Assembly: GCA_030427835.1 (NCBI GenBank)
Contig: JAUICN010000003.1
Location: forward strand, 246,526 to 310,525
DNA from: Polyangia bacterium
GTDB lineage: Bacteria; Myxococcota_A; Polyangia; Polyangiales; JAUICN01
Direction: 5' to 3'
Length of the DNA: 64,000 nt
Shown here: piece by piece, positions 1 through 10,705 of the stretch
Numbering within the stretch: the stretch's first letter is position 1
Layout of the letters: the number at the start of each line of letters is the position of its first letter
Notes under the pieces: model-generated
The model's database searches: none
What the model was told of the DNA's origin: nothing
What the model saw: the letters and a program-made list of their open reading frames with translations, nothing else
Program-made: the position numbers and the translations under genes

Positions 1-59
1 CGTTTGCGAACCGGGTCCAACCCTTCCAAAACCTCTATCGATGATGCGTCGTAAGCCAT
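1..59 (-). CDS. parE: Type IIA topoisomerase subunit B (ParE/GyrB family), N-terminal fragment running off the left edge
   Basis: Not in the ORF track. ATG at 59-57 reads MAYDASSIEVLEGLDPVRKR, the conserved GyrB/ParE N-terminus. PVRKR rather than AVRKR is more ParE-like. Starts 3 nt after the subunit A stop. Confidence 0.8.
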   Translation of the reverse strand, partial: MAYDASSIEVLEGLDPVRK

Positions 60-62
60 GCG

Positions 63-2495
63 CTACTTCCTCTTGCCCGATCCCGTGCGTTCAGGAAGAT
101 CCACCACGGCAGGCGCCACGGGCACCTCACCCTGAACATGCCCCCTTTTGACGAGAGCAAACCCCTTACCTCCCCGGCCCACAACCTCATATTTGCGCAG
201 GGTGACCGTGAGCTCGCGCCCGGAATCACAGCGAACACGCAGCGCATCGCTGGGATTCACCAGGATACCCGTTGCTACCACCCCATCGTCCGGCGCCAAA
301 CGGATGAGCCGAACTCCCTTTGCCGCTCCACCCACCACAGGAACGTCGCTCACCGAACAAAGCAGCGCACGGCCCTTCGCGGTCACACAAACAATCACCG
401 CATCCTCGTCCACACCCCCATGCACGCCCACCACACCATCTTCGGGCTCCTCAGAAACACGCATGAACCGACGCCCCGAACGGGTCGATGGCGCGCGAAA
501 ACCACGCAGTGAAAAGCGCAACACCTGCCCCTGCCGACTGATAGCCACACCAAAGGGGGCTTCAGGCTGTTCAGCGGACGGGTCCACCTCGGGAACATCA
601 AACACCCGAGGATCTGTGCCCATCGCTTCCACAATGCGCTCACCATCCCCGAACTTCACCAAGGTCTGCGCGGGCTGGCCGTGGCCGGACGTCGCTGGAA
701 CATCCGCGATTCGCGTCGTGTAGGCCACGCCACGGCTCGAAAACATCATCAACGACGAACGAACGGAACCGGGGATCAGGCGCCACACACGGTCACCTGA
801 TCGCACACGAACCGATTCCACGTCCTTCACCCGTTGCTGACGTTTGAGCCAACCCTGATCGGTGCACACCACCACAGCATCCTCATCCGCAATAAAGTCC
901 TCCTGGGAAAACTCCACGTCTTTCGCGTCCCGAACCAACGCTGTTCGTCGGGGGACCCCGTAGGTTGCGCGCACTTCAGAAAGCTCACTCTTGATCAAGC
1001 CCCAGCGGGCATCCTTACTCTTGAGCAACTGTTGAAGCTTGCGTGCGGCAGACCGCCTCTCCTTCAATTCCTTTTGAATGACCAGAATTTCAAGTTTCGC
1101 CAGTCGATAGAGCTTGAGCTCCAGAATGGCGTCCACCTGATCGGCTTCCAGCTGAAACCGTTTGATCAGCTTCGCCGCGGCGTCGGCCTTCCCCTCCGAC
1201 CGACGGATGATACGAATCGTCTCATCCAGAGCGTCAAAAATAATCTCAAACCCCTCAAGAATATGGATACGACGTGTCAGCTGCTCCAAATCGTGGGTAA
1301 GGCGCCGTGTGACCACCTCCATACGAAACGCCAGAAACTCCTGGAGAACAGTCTTCAAACCCACACGACGGGGAGCACACACCTCCGCGCCCTGCACCGG
1401 CACAAGGCAGGTCATATTCACAGCCACATTTTGGGAAAATGGGGTGTGTTTGTACAAGTAGGCCGCGATCAGCTCAGGGTCCGTGCCCTTCTTGAACTCA
1501 CAAACGATACGGCACTCCTCATCACTCTCGTCGCGAACATCTACCAGTGCTCCGAACTTTTTCGACAGAATCACGTCTGCGATGCGCTCCACCAACAGTT
1601 GACGCTCCACTCCGTAGGGGGCGGAAGTGATCACAAAACGAACCGGGACCCGGCGCTCGGATTCCACTTTCCATTGGCCGCGCAAACGCAAGGACCCATG
1701 CCCATCGGTGTAGGCCTGCTCCAGTTCATCCTTGGTGCACACCAACTCTCCACCCGTGGGAAAATCCGGCCCTTTCACCCATCGCATAAGTTTGCGTATG
1801 GGTAGTTCGGGATCGTCGATGAGTGCCATCGCAGCGTCGACCACCTCACCAAGCGAATGCGGAGGAATCGACGTGGCCATGCCCACCGCGATCCCCTGAC
1901 AACCGTTCACCAGCAGGTTCGGGAACTGGGCCGGGAACACCACCGGCTCTGTCCGGGTGCCATCGTAGTTCGGCCGAAAACCCACGGTATCCGACCCCAG
2001 CTCCGTCATCAAAGCCTCAGCAAGGTGCCCCAGGCGTGCCTCGGTGTAACGCATGGCGGCTGCGCCATCACCGTCCGGCGATCCGAAATTGCCGCGGCCA
2101 TCCACCAGGCAAAGCCCCATGGAAAAGGGTTGGGCCATACGAACCAACGCATCGTAGATCGCAGTGTCACCGTGGGGGTGAAACTTACCCATCACGTCTC
2201 CCACAATGGCCGCAGACTTGCGATGCCGCGTGCCATGTTTCAAACGCAGCTCGTTCCACATGGTGTACAGAATGCGCCGGTGAACCGGCTTCAAACCGTC
2301 ACGCACGTCGGGCAATGCACGGGAGGTGATGACGCTCAACGCATAGTTAAGATAACGACGGCGGGTCTCATCCGCGAGAGAGACATCCTCCACAGACTCA
2401 AACGCCAGTGCATCCTGCACATCGGCCATGCTCTTGTTTCGGGTTTTTGAGCTACGTGTGTTGGATCCGCTGGGCTTCTTAGGGGCGCGTGCCAT
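63..2495 (-). CDS. parC: Type IIA topoisomerase subunit A (ParC-like/GyrA family)
   Basis: [24 protein letters not shown], catalytic AAAMRYTE, C-terminal pinwheel repeats. No canonical GyrA-box at the start of the CTD. Family is certain; parC versus gyrA is inferred. Confidence 0.85.
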   Translation of the reverse strand: MARAPKKPSGSNTRSSKTRNKSMADVQDALAFESVEDVSLADETRRRYLNYALSVITSRALPDVRDGLKPVHRRILYTMWNELRLKHGTRHRKSAAIVGDVMGKFHPHGDTAIYDALVRMAQPFSMGLCLVDGRGNFGSPDGDGAAAMRYTEARLGHLAEALMTELGSDTVGFRPNYDGTRTEPVVFPAQFPNLLVNGCQGIAVGMATSIPPHSLGEVVDAAMALIDDPELPIRKLMRWVKGPDFPTGGELVCTKDELEQAYTDGHGSLRLRGQWKVESERRVPVRFVITSAPYGVERQLLVERIADVILSKKFGALVDVRDESDEECRIVCEFKKGTDPELIAAYLYKHTPFSQNVAVNMTCLVPVQGAEVCAPRRVGLKTVLQEFLAFRMEVVTRRLTHDLEQLTRRIHILEGFEIIFDALDETIRIIRRSEGKADAAAKLIKRFQLEADQVDAILELKLYRLAKLEILVIQKELKERRSAARKLQQLLKSKDARWGLIKSELSEVRATYGVPRRTALVRDAKDVEFSQEDFIADEDAVVVCTDQGWLKRQQRVKDVESVRVRSGDRVWRLIPGSVRSSLMMFSSRGVAYTTRIADVPATSGHGQPAQTLVKFGDGERIVEAMGTDPRVFDVPEVDPSAEQPEAPFGVAISRQGQVLRFSLRGFRAPSTRSGRRFMRVSEEPEDGVVGVHGGVDEDAVIVCVTAKGRALLCSVSDVPVVGGAAKGVRLIRLAPDDGVVATGILVNPSDALRVRCDSGRELTVTLRKYEVVGRGGKGFALVKRGHVQGEVPVAPAVVDLPERTGSGKRK

Positions 2496-2542
2496 ACATT
2501 TTGTCGTTCTGGTAAGGAGAGATAGTTAACATGAAGCGGCTT

Positions 2543-4252
2543 CTAACTCACAGAGGAGTCAACATCACTGCCTGAATCGCCTTCTGAAGAACCAGAAGGC
2601 ACAACGGTTTTCTCCCGAACCTGCACAGTCTCCCCTTCCTGGGCCGCCATCGCTGCTGTCACCGCCAGATCTCCAGTCACGTTAATCGAAGAACGGGCCA
2701 TATCAAGAAACCGATCCACTCCCAGGATCAACGCCAAACCATCGGTGGGAATCCCAGCGGTGGTCAACACAAGCGCGATCATCACAATGCTGGCGCCGGG
2801 AACCCCAGCCGTTCCAATGGATGCAAGCGTTGCCGTGGCGACAATCCCCAGCTGATCCATCACCGAAAGGTCGATCTGAAACACCTGAGCAATAAAGACC
2901 GCAGCTACCCCCTGGTAAAGCGCCGTACCATCCATGTTCACCGTCGCCCCCAATGGAAGGACAAAACTGGCCACGGGGTTGCTCACCCCAAGATTCTCCT
3001 CCGCACATTTCATGCTCACCGGAAGAGTCGCCGAGGAGGAAGACGTGGAAAACGCGATCAACTGGGCTGGGCGAATCGCCCCCATGAAACGAAGGACTGG
3101 AACCTTGGTGAAGAGTTTCACAATCATCCCGTAAACGAGCCCACCGTGAATCAACAGCCCAATCACCACGGCAAGGGAATACACCAGCAGGGCCGACAGC
3201 ACGCTGACTCCACTTTGACCCACCACATCTGCCACAAGTGCCGCCACCCCAAACGGAGCAATTGCCATCACCATGTGAATGATCATGATCATGGCGTTTT
3301 GCAGGCGATCGAAAAAAGCCACGATAGGTGAGCCTTTGCCCTTTTCAAGCAGGGTGATGGCGATACCAAGCATCAACGCAAAGAAAATCACCTGGAGCAT
3401 ATTCCCCGACGCAAGCGCATCGATAGGGTTCTCAGGAATAATAGAAAGGATATTGTCCATCGGCGACGGGGCGTCCGCCGCCATACCGGCCTTGGACCCT
3501 GCGGCGCCCGCATACTGCCCCTGCAAAAACACCCGATCGGCCTCAGCCACGTAGTTTCCTGGGCTCACAATATTGGCCACAATCAATCCGATGGAGACCG
3601 CAATCGCTGTCGTCACCATGTAGAGGCCAAGCGTCCGCCCACCCAAGCGCCCCAACCGACGCACGTCACCCAGGCTCGCCACGCCCACAAGCAATGAAGA
3701 AAACACCAAGGGCACAATCGTCATCTTCAACATGCTCATGAAAATGGTGCCAACGGGGCGCACAAACGTGACCACGTGTTCCCCGATACCACTCACTGGA
3801 CGCGGAAACTGGGCAAACCCACCTTCCGATAGGGGCTCAGTGCGAACGCGCAGCCAAACAGAAACCGACTGCCCCACATCGGGATTCCCCATCGCCTTCT
3901 TGATGATCTTGTCTGGATCCCTCAGCGACAATTTTTGATCGTAGGGAAACAGCACCTCTACCCAACTGGGAACTTTGATCTTTTTCCCAAGGGCATCTTC
4001 CTTCATTTCGTACCGGGATTGCACAATCGACAACTGGCGGACTCGATGTCGAGTAACGCCAAGCAGCCGATCAAACGGCACCACGGAATCCTCGCGGTCC
4101 GCGTCCATTCGAACGTGCAAACTCTCAAGCGCCTCCACACGGTAGATGTCCGCCGGCAGGAACGACGAGTTGGGTCCAAGAAAAATCCCAACGACTGCCC
4201 CTACCACCATTCCGATCAGGATTTTCGTATACACCTGCATAGTTGGCCGCAC
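2543..4252 (-). CDS. Dicarboxylate/amino acid:cation symporter (DAACS, GltP/GltPh family) with a large insertion after TM1
   Basis: AFSTSSSSATLP, LGATVNMDGT and DRFLDMARSSINVTGD motifs. The start may be ATG 4240. Confidence 0.93.
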   Translation of the reverse strand: MRPTMQVYTKILIGMVVGAVVGIFLGPNSSFLPADIYRVEALESLHVRMDADREDSVVPFDRLLGVTRHRVRQLSIVQSRYEMKEDALGKKIKVPSWVEVLFPYDQKLSLRDPDKIIKKAMGNPDVGQSVSVWLRVRTEPLSEGGFAQFPRPVSGIGEHVVTFVRPVGTIFMSMLKMTIVPLVFSSLLVGVASLGDVRRLGRLGGRTLGLYMVTTAIAVSIGLIVANIVSPGNYVAEADRVFLQGQYAGAAGSKAGMAADAPSPMDNILSIIPENPIDALASGNMLQVIFFALMLGIAITLLEKGKGSPIVAFFDRLQNAMIMIIHMVMAIAPFGVAALVADVVGQSGVSVLSALLVYSLAVVIGLLIHGGLVYGMIVKLFTKVPVLRFMGAIRPAQLIAFSTSSSSATLPVSMKCAEENLGVSNPVASFVLPLGATVNMDGTALYQGVAAVFIAQVFQIDLSVMDQLGIVATATLASIGTAGVPGASIVMIALVLTTAGIPTDGLALILGVDRFLDMARSSINVTGDLAVTAAMAAQEGETVQVREKTVVPSGSSEGDSGSDVDSSVS

Positions 4253-4319
4253 CTCCCCGTGAAGCCACCGTCTGTAGCAGCCGGAGCCTCCCCCGTCGAC
4301 TCACGGGAGATACATCGGC

Positions 4320-6539
4320 CTAGGGGTGCACGTCGTCTTCAGACAGTTGATCGATGAGGCCCAACCCAATCGACAGTGCTTTCTGTACTCTTGCCAGGGC
4401 TTCCTGACGATCCCCATCCCTCTCCCGGGCGGCACGAAGTCGGCTTGAGACATCTTCCAATTCCGTCCGAGTCGCGGTGTACCCTTCCTGGGTGTTCGAC
4501 AGTTTGCCTCGCAGTTCTTCGCATTCACGTCGACTGGTCTCGAGCTCTTCTGCCAGGCGATCACGCATTTGCGTCGTTTCATCCAACGCCCGGGACAACT
4601 GTTCTCCCCTGCCGTCCGATTCCGCCAGCTGCCGTCCAAGCGAGGCAACCTCATCTGCATGCTTACGCTCCATTTGGGAGTGGCGAGTTTCAAAACCTTC
4701 CGACAGTTCTGTCCGTAGATCCTGCTGTTGCTGAACATGTTCGTCCCGGGTTCGCTGCAACGTATTCTCAAACTCCGCTCGCAGCTGCTCTTCCCGACCC
4801 TGGGCCGCCCCTTCAAGGTCAACCCGAAGCTGGGCCAATGCCGCTTCCCGTTCATCCTCCAGTTCAGCCACACGCCGGGCCAAGTTCCGTTCGTAGGTCC
4901 GTTGCGCCTCCGCCAAATCAGCGTCGTGACGCATGTCTGCAGAACGCAATGCCTCCTGAAGTGCCGCTTCTTGCTCGTTCCTGGCCTGCTCCAACTCCCC
5001 GGCATGTTGCTGACGAATGGATTCCTGAGCCTCCCGGTGAGTGTCCTCCAAGGCGGACATTTGCCCCTGCAAGTCGGAACGCAGGGCACCCAGTTCCGTG
5101 CGGTGCCTCACCCTTGCGGACTCCATTTCCTCTTCCCGTCTCCGTTCCAGAGACGCCAAGGAAGCGTCGTGTTCTGCCCGAATGGACTCCATCTCCGCGG
5201 CCCTTGCGGCGATTTGGGCATCCAGTTCCTGATCCAGGGCCCTCACCCGATCCGCTTCCTTGGACAGGCGAGATTTCAGGTCATCTTCCCGTTTACGGGC
5301 CGCCTCCACGTCGGACTCCAGCTGGGCCACCGTATCCCGCTCACCGTGGACATCCCGTTCCAGCACCACGATCCGGTCCTCCAGATCCGCCTTCTCACGC
5401 TCCAGAGCCAGTTGCCCCTCCCGAGCGTCCAGCAACTGCCTTTCGCGGGCCCCCATGTCGTCTTTTAGGGACAAGATTTCCTTGTCTTTTCCATTCAAAG
5501 ATTCACGAAGCTCGAGAAAGTCTCGACTTGAAATCCCGCCGCCCTTGCCGAGCTTCGTCCGAAGTTCCGCCACCTCGCGCACAAGACGATCCCGTTCTGC
5601 CGCCTTACGACCCAACTCACGAACCTCCCGGCGCAGCTGGGTGACCTCCTCCCCCGAACTCCCAGTCGCAACGATGGCGGGCGGAACAGAATCCACCCGA
5701 GATTCAGGCGCGGGCGCTGATGCCGGCACCGACGCAGGTACCGATGCAGCAACAGGTGCGATTCCATCTTCCTGGACCTGAAATACCAGGGAGGATTCGT
5801 CGTCTATCTCCTCCACCTCATCGTCCAAGCGAACCGCACCCTCCTGCACGACCTCAGGTTCCACTGCGTCCGCCACAACTCCATCGTCCATGTCCACGTC
5901 CTCCACCTCATCCACGTCCATCACCGAACCTTCTTCAATCACGGAAATCTCGTCCAAGTCCTCGGCATGTTCTGCCGCCTCCGCGACCTTGGGCTCCACG
6001 GAAATCGCCTGCGTAGCCTCTTCTTCGTTGCTCACAAGTGCTTCGAAAGCACTGTCCGCGAACGCATCCATTTCCGCGTCCACGTTCTCGGTGTTACCTG
6101 AACTGACAACCGAACCCTCCGCAGGCGTTCCGTTCTCCCCAGGGGTGGAAGCACCCTGTGCCTGAATACCCAGTAGCTCAGCCACCGTGCCGTACAGAGC
6201 TGAAGCAGCCACTGGCTTTTTCACGTACACATCGGCTCGAGTCCGCAACTTGCGATGTTGGGCAAAGACCTCGTCTGCGCTGGGGTCCCCAGAGAGAATC
6301 ACCATGGGCAATGTCTTGAGGGCCGAACTCCGTTTGATTCGCTTACCTACGGAAAACCCATTGATGTCCCCCAGTTCCACTGACAGCAGAATCACGGCCG
6401 GGGGCGACGCCTTCCCGGCTTCAAGGCCCTCCTCGGGGTTGGCATATGCCTCCATTTTGAGGCCTTTTTCCTCAAAAACACCACGGACCTCCTCTGCAAA
6501 CAAGGATTCGGCCTCAAACATGAGAACGCGCAAGGACAT
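4320..6539 (-). CDS. frzS: FrzS-like pseudo-receiver, acidic linker and long coiled coil
   Basis: Receiver-like N-terminus with the phosphoacceptor Asp replaced (VILLSVEL). FAQHRKLRTRADVYVKKPV closely resembles the FrzS alpha4-beta5 segment as I recall it. The C-terminal half is heptad-rich. Confidence 0.75.
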   Translation of the reverse strand: MSLRVLMFEAESLFAEEVRGVFEEKGLKMEAYANPEEGLEAGKASPPAVILLSVELGDINGFSVGKRIKRSSALKTLPMVILSGDPSADEVFAQHRKLRTRADVYVKKPVAASALYGTVAELLGIQAQGASTPGENGTPAEGSVVSSGNTENVDAEMDAFADSAFEALVSNEEEATQAISVEPKVAEAAEHAEDLDEISVIEEGSVMDVDEVEDVDMDDGVVADAVEPEVVQEGAVRLDDEVEEIDDESSLVFQVQEDGIAPVAASVPASVPASAPAPESRVDSVPPAIVATGSSGEEVTQLRREVRELGRKAAERDRLVREVAELRTKLGKGGGISSRDFLELRESLNGKDKEILSLKDDMGARERQLLDAREGQLALEREKADLEDRIVVLERDVHGERDTVAQLESDVEAARKREDDLKSRLSKEADRVRALDQELDAQIAARAAEMESIRAEHDASLASLERRREEEMESARVRHRTELGALRSDLQGQMSALEDTHREAQESIRQQHAGELEQARNEQEAALQEALRSADMRHDADLAEAQRTYERNLARRVAELEDEREAALAQLRVDLEGAAQGREEQLRAEFENTLQRTRDEHVQQQQDLRTELSEGFETRHSQMERKHADEVASLGRQLAESDGRGEQLSRALDETTQMRDRLAEELETSRRECEELRGKLSNTQEGYTATRTELEDVSSRLRAARERDGDRQEALARVQKALSIGLGLIDQLSEDDVHP

Positions 6540-6610
6540 GGATCCGTTTTAAACCCTTTCAATGCGCCACACAATCGTGCTCTCTTCTAAATCCCCCAGG
6601 GAACCATCCC

Positions 6611-7645
6611 CTAGGGAACCGTCCAGTCGGAACTGGCAGCTAGCCTCAACAGGCCTTCCCTATCCATATCTCCGGTAAAGGCGTAGGACACCGCCCCGTT
6701 TTGGTACACAGGCACCGTGTAACCACCCGCCTCCCCAAAACGAATCTCTCGGCCACCCACCTCCACACGCCCTCGAGGCGCGCCCTGCACCCGATCGTTG
6801 GCAAAAACCAACACGGTCACACGACGCCCCGCCACATCGTAATAGAGAGTTGCTCCCTGCCGATCACCCACCTCGGTCAGCCTGGCGCCCAGGAAACGGG
6901 CATTGGTACCCCGAAAATGGGCAAGGCGGACAGGGAACTCCACTTTCCCCCGAAAAAAACCAGCAACTTTCTCCGGATGTTCTCCGGGCACATCCACAGG
7001 CACATCCATCGAATGGGCATGCACCACCCGGCGCAGCAGGCTGGGCCAACCCTTGGAAGCCGTGGATACAAACGCACCCGGCTCCACACCACTTCCACTG
7101 CCAATCCTACCCTGGGGTGCCCTATCCGGAGTGACTGTTCCCTGGGATAGGGATCCCACAAATCGCGAGCCTGCCGGTGCGGACGTCACAGAGACCCCGA
7201 CACTCGGCAACGACCCCACACCTGGAGATTCGGAGGGGGCCCCCTCCCCCATGACTGGCTTCAAGGATCCGCCCCCCTGCCACAGCACCAACCCCACAGC
7301 CGCCGCCGCTGCGAAAAAAGACCCCGCCACAAGGGATCGCGATGCCAACGCCCTGGGTTCACTCCCCTGCTCACCAGAACCCGTCGTCACAGCACCCATG
7401 GCAACCACATCCCGTACAGAATCAGAGCGACCTGAAAGCCCGATCAAACGATCTCGTAACTCCTTCGAAGCAGGTTCCACTGCCATGGCCGCACGCACCT
7501 GATGCTTCATCGCCAATGCCTCTTGAACCGAAACGCGGCACGCTGCGCAAGCATCCAAATGCAGATCAAACAGCACTTTGCCCTGGGCATCAAACTCCCC
7601 ATCCACATAGGCATCCAAGTGCCCTCGAACCTGGCTGCACTTCAT
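6611..7645 (-). CDS. Zinc-binding (zf-HC2/ZAS) transmembrane anti-sigma factor
   Basis: MKC...HLDAYVDGE...HLDACAAC (HxxxCxxC), one TM segment, extracytoplasmic domain. ATG 7645 overlaps the sigma factor stop (ATGA). Confidence 0.88.
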   Translation of the reverse strand: MKCSQVRGHLDAYVDGEFDAQGKVLFDLHLDACAACRVSVQEALAMKHQVRAAMAVEPASKELRDRLIGLSGRSDSVRDVVAMGAVTTGSGEQGSEPRALASRSLVAGSFFAAAAAVGLVLWQGGGSLKPVMGEGAPSESPGVGSLPSVGVSVTSAPAGSRFVGSLSQGTVTPDRAPQGRIGSGSGVEPGAFVSTASKGWPSLLRRVVHAHSMDVPVDVPGEHPEKVAGFFRGKVEFPVRLAHFRGTNARFLGARLTEVGDRQGATLYYDVAGRRVTVLVFANDRVQGAPRGRVEVGGREIRFGEAGGYTVPVYQNGAVSYAFTGDMDREGLLRLAASSDWTVP

Positions 7646-8379
7646 GATTGCCCCCCCCCAGGAACAACCTGTTTCCCCCGCTTCCATCGATCCATCCGAA
7701 CCAACGGCGCCGCAGTGGAACCCGAAGCGGTTTCCGTCGACCCAGGCTCCGTTGGACGAGCGACTTCCAGGGCCCTGGCGTCCTTGCCCAGCACCTCACG
7801 AAGCGCCCCCCGTGCCCGGTGCAAACGGGACATCACCGTACCTACGGGGCAGCCAAGCACCTCGGCGGTCTCCCTGTAACTCATTTCCTGGACGTCCACC
7901 AACAACAGAACCACCCGATGTTCCTCCGGCAACCGCTCCATCTCCTGCCCAACCCTCCGCATCAGCCGATCCTGATCCACCCGTTTTTCCTGATCCGGCA
8001 GGTACCCCGAGTCCACACCCATGGGCGCCAAACGGCTCGCCCCCACAAACTCCGATTGCAGTGCCTCCCGCTCGCGCTTGGCTTTCCGAAACCGATTGAT
8101 ATACAGGTTCATCTGCATACGGAACAGCCAGGCCCGTAGGTGGGTGCCCGGCTCAAAGCGATCCGCATATCGGCAGGCGCGCACAAACGTATCCTGGACA
8201 AGATCCTCCGCCTCCGCCCGTCGCCCGGTCAGACGAAACGCAAATGCGTAGAGCCCATCCAAGTGCTCCAGCACCTCCGCGGCAAAATCATCCACGCAAA
8301 GCGGTCGTCCAGCCCCAGCTGAGAGGGGAATCAACGCCCCGTCCTCACTGCCATCGGTCTCGCTACGGCTCGTTGCCAT
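7642..8379 (-). CDS. ECF RNA polymerase sigma-70 factor
   Basis: AEDLVQDTF and LRAWLFR (region 2); MSYRETAEVLGCPVGTVMSRLHRAR (region 4). Coupled to the anti-sigma gene. Confidence 0.93.
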   Translation of the reverse strand: MATSRSETDGSEDGALIPLSAGAGRPLCVDDFAAEVLEHLDGLYAFAFRLTGRRAEAEDLVQDTFVRACRYADRFEPGTHLRAWLFRMQMNLYINRFRKAKREREALQSEFVGASRLAPMGVDSGYLPDQEKRVDQDRLMRRVGQEMERLPEEHRVVLLLVDVQEMSYRETAEVLGCPVGTVMSRLHRARGALREVLGKDARALEVARPTEPGSTETASGSTAAPLVRMDRWKRGKQVVPGGGQS

Positions 8380-8520
8380 ACCCACACAACACCCGAGCCG
8401 ACGCCCCTATTCCAGCCATTTTGAGTTTCGATCCGCCTCTGTGCCGCGGCACCTGGCCTACCGGGCTCGAAACCCGCAAGAAAGCCTGTTTTTCAAGCAT
8501 TTCAGGCAACAGGGGTTGCC

Positions 8521-9225
8521 CTACTCTCCCTCAGAGGGAGAACCCGACTCCGTCCCAGGGCTCCCGGAAGGGCGCCTGGGCCGCTCCGAAAGGGTTCTCA
8601 ACTTGTCCTCAAGTTCATCAATTCGAACCTGAAGGCGCTTGGCTTCCATTTGAAGGTAGTGGATTGGCCCCACGGCGGCGCCCAGCAAGGCCCGCATACG
8701 GTCGTCCGCCATATGGGAAAGCTCATCCAACGCATCCTTGGATTGCATAAAAACACTGCGGCGTTCCTTGCCGCCCGGCCGTGGCCCCGGAGGGCGACTG
8801 CTCAGGCCCAGCTCATCCCTAGGGTTTTGAACAATCTTACCAACCTTACCCTCTCGCAAGGAGGTGATTAGTCGCTCACCACCCCGTTGAATCAACCGCT
8901 TTAGGGTTCTGGCATTGCGCTGCCTACCCACCCCGCTCTTCTGCTCTTCGTAGATGATCTGAGCCAGCGTGATGGAGGTCAGTTCCTCCTTGGTCTGGTT
9001 GTCGATAATCCGAACATCTTCACCCTGCCGAATAAACTCGGCCACCTGCTGGAGGGTAACGTAGCGGCTCTCAGACGTATCATAGAGCTTTCGGTTCGCG
9101 TACCTCTTGATGAGACGCACCTCACCTGCGGGCACGTCGTCGTGCAAGCTCTCCTCCAGATCCCTGTCCAGGGCCCGGTCCAAGTCGTCGTCTTCCGAGG
9201 TTCCCAAAGGCTCTTCACTAGACAT
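8521..9225 (-). CDS. PhaR-type (PHB accumulation regulator) DNA-binding domain protein with C-terminal coiled coil
   Basis: IKRYANRKLYDTSESRYVTL...TLAQIIYE motif; GGGAG upstream of ATG 9225. Confidence 0.85.
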   Translation of the reverse strand: MSSEEPLGTSEDDDLDRALDRDLEESLHDDVPAGEVRLIKRYANRKLYDTSESRYVTLQQVAEFIRQGEDVRIIDNQTKEELTSITLAQIIYEEQKSGVGRQRNARTLKRLIQRGGERLITSLREGKVGKIVQNPRDELGLSSRPPGPRPGGKERRSVFMQSKDALDELSHMADDRMRALLGAAVGPIHYLQMEAKRLQVRIDELEDKLRTLSERPRRPSGSPGTESGSPSEGE

Positions 9226-9354
9226 AGGCAACTCCCAACCACTCCACTGAACCTAAACCCATACGACCCGCAACGGCGAATCTCCCCGCTTGTCTCTCTG
9301 GCAGGGTAACCTTCAGGTAAACCCCCATCCCACAGGGAGATCGATCGGCGCATA

Positions 9355-9642
9355 TCACGAGGATTTTTCGCTCACAATCTCGGCGTCAGTCACCCCGTCG
9401 GATACCGCGGGTGGAGTCACCACGCTCGACGAGGCGATTTCTGGCTCTTTTGTGGCAGCGGGCACCTGGGGCGCAGCGGGCGCCTGGGGCGTCACGTCGA
9501 TCTCCTCGTCCGTGGCAAGTCCCCGCTTTAGGCCACGAATGGCCTTACCAATGCCCTCCCCCAATTGGGGAAGCCTGCTGGCGCCAAATATCAGCAACAG
9601 CACCATAAATACAATCAACCATTCGCCAATTCCTGTGGGCAC
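9355..9642 (-). CDS. tatA: Twin-arginine translocase TatA/E subunit
   Basis: GIGEWLIVFMVLLLIFGASRLPQLGEGIGKAIRGLK; GTG 9642 preceded by AAGGAG. Confidence 0.92.
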   Translation of the reverse strand: MPTGIGEWLIVFMVLLLIFGASRLPQLGEGIGKAIRGLKRGLATDEEIDVTPQAPAAPQVPAATKEPEIASSSVVTPPAVSDGVTDAEIVSEKSS

Positions 9643-9749
9643 ACTCGACTCCTTTGACGCAGCAGTTCCAAAAACCCGGCACTGAATACGCACCCTGAGG
9701 TTACCGCCGGCATTTCCACACCGCAAGGGAGCAGGTTAAGGTACGCCCC

Positions 9750-10643
9750 ATGTCTTCCAGGGAACCCAGCGCACCCCACATTCAAGGCCATTCACCCCGG
9801 GAATGTTCCAACCCAACCTCCCCGGTAACCCCAAAAGCGCTGGCGCAACTTCCCGTACACACAATCCAGGGAATCGCCTTCGATGTGGACGGTACCATTT
9901 CAGACGCCCAAGGAAAGATCCCCCACACCTCCCTGATCGCCCTGGAACGTCTACGGGACCATGGAATCCCAGCGCTTGCGGCCACCGGGCGCCCCCTTGC
10001 CTGGGCCCAGGCCTATGCCCACCAGTGGCCCATTCTAGGAGCGGTGGGCGAAAATGGAGCCGCCTGGTGTATCGGCAGGGGTTCCCCCCAGGGCCACGTC
10101 GTGCAAGTGGAGTTCCACCTCCCACAATCAGAACTGCACCGCTGGTATTCCCAGCGGGAAGAGATTCGAACCCAGGTGGCAGAGAAACTCCCCCAGGTGC
10201 CCCAGGCCGGGGATGCCCTTGGCAGGGCCTGTGACCTGGCCTTCGATATCGGAGAATCCTACCAAGCCACGCCCGAGGATCGGACGGCACTACAGGCCAT
10301 CGCCACAGGGCACGGGGTGCATTTCGCCTGCTCCAGCATCCATGCCCACTTCTCTCCCACCCGCAGCCCGTCCGTTCCCCTATGGGACAAGGCCACGGGC
10401 ATTTCCCGTGCATTGGAATCCGCGCTCGGGGTTTCCAATGAGCACATCCGCAACCACTGGGTATTCGTGGGGGACAGCGGCAACGACGCGGAAGCGTTCG
10501 CCTGGTTCACCCACTCGGTCGGCGTGGCCAACGTGCTGAACAAGCCCCCCAACCCACTGCCGCAATACGTCACCCCTTCCGCCTACCACACCGGATTTAC
10601 GGAACTCGTCGATCAAATCTGCAACGCGCGAACAGAACGCTGA
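9750..10643 (+). CDS. HAD-superfamily (Cof/IIB-like) hydrolase
   Basis: FDVDGT (motif I), ATGR (II), DK (III), GDSGND (IV). Confidence 0.88.
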   Translation: MSSREPSAPHIQGHSPRECSNPTSPVTPKALAQLPVHTIQGIAFDVDGTISDAQGKIPHTSLIALERLRDHGIPALAATGRPLAWAQAYAHQWPILGAVGENGAAWCIGRGSPQGHVVQVEFHLPQSELHRWYSQREEIRTQVAEKLPQVPQAGDALGRACDLAFDIGESYQATPEDRTALQAIATGHGVHFACSSIHAHFSPTRSPSVPLWDKATGISRALESALGVSNEHIRNHWVFVGDSGNDAEAFAWFTHSVGVANVLNKPPNPLPQYVTPSAYHTGFTELVDQICNARTER

Positions 10644-10705
10644 CACCGGCCGTGGTACACCAAAGAAATAGGCCGTACCGAAGGTCCATCCCAGAAGTCC
10701 AACCC

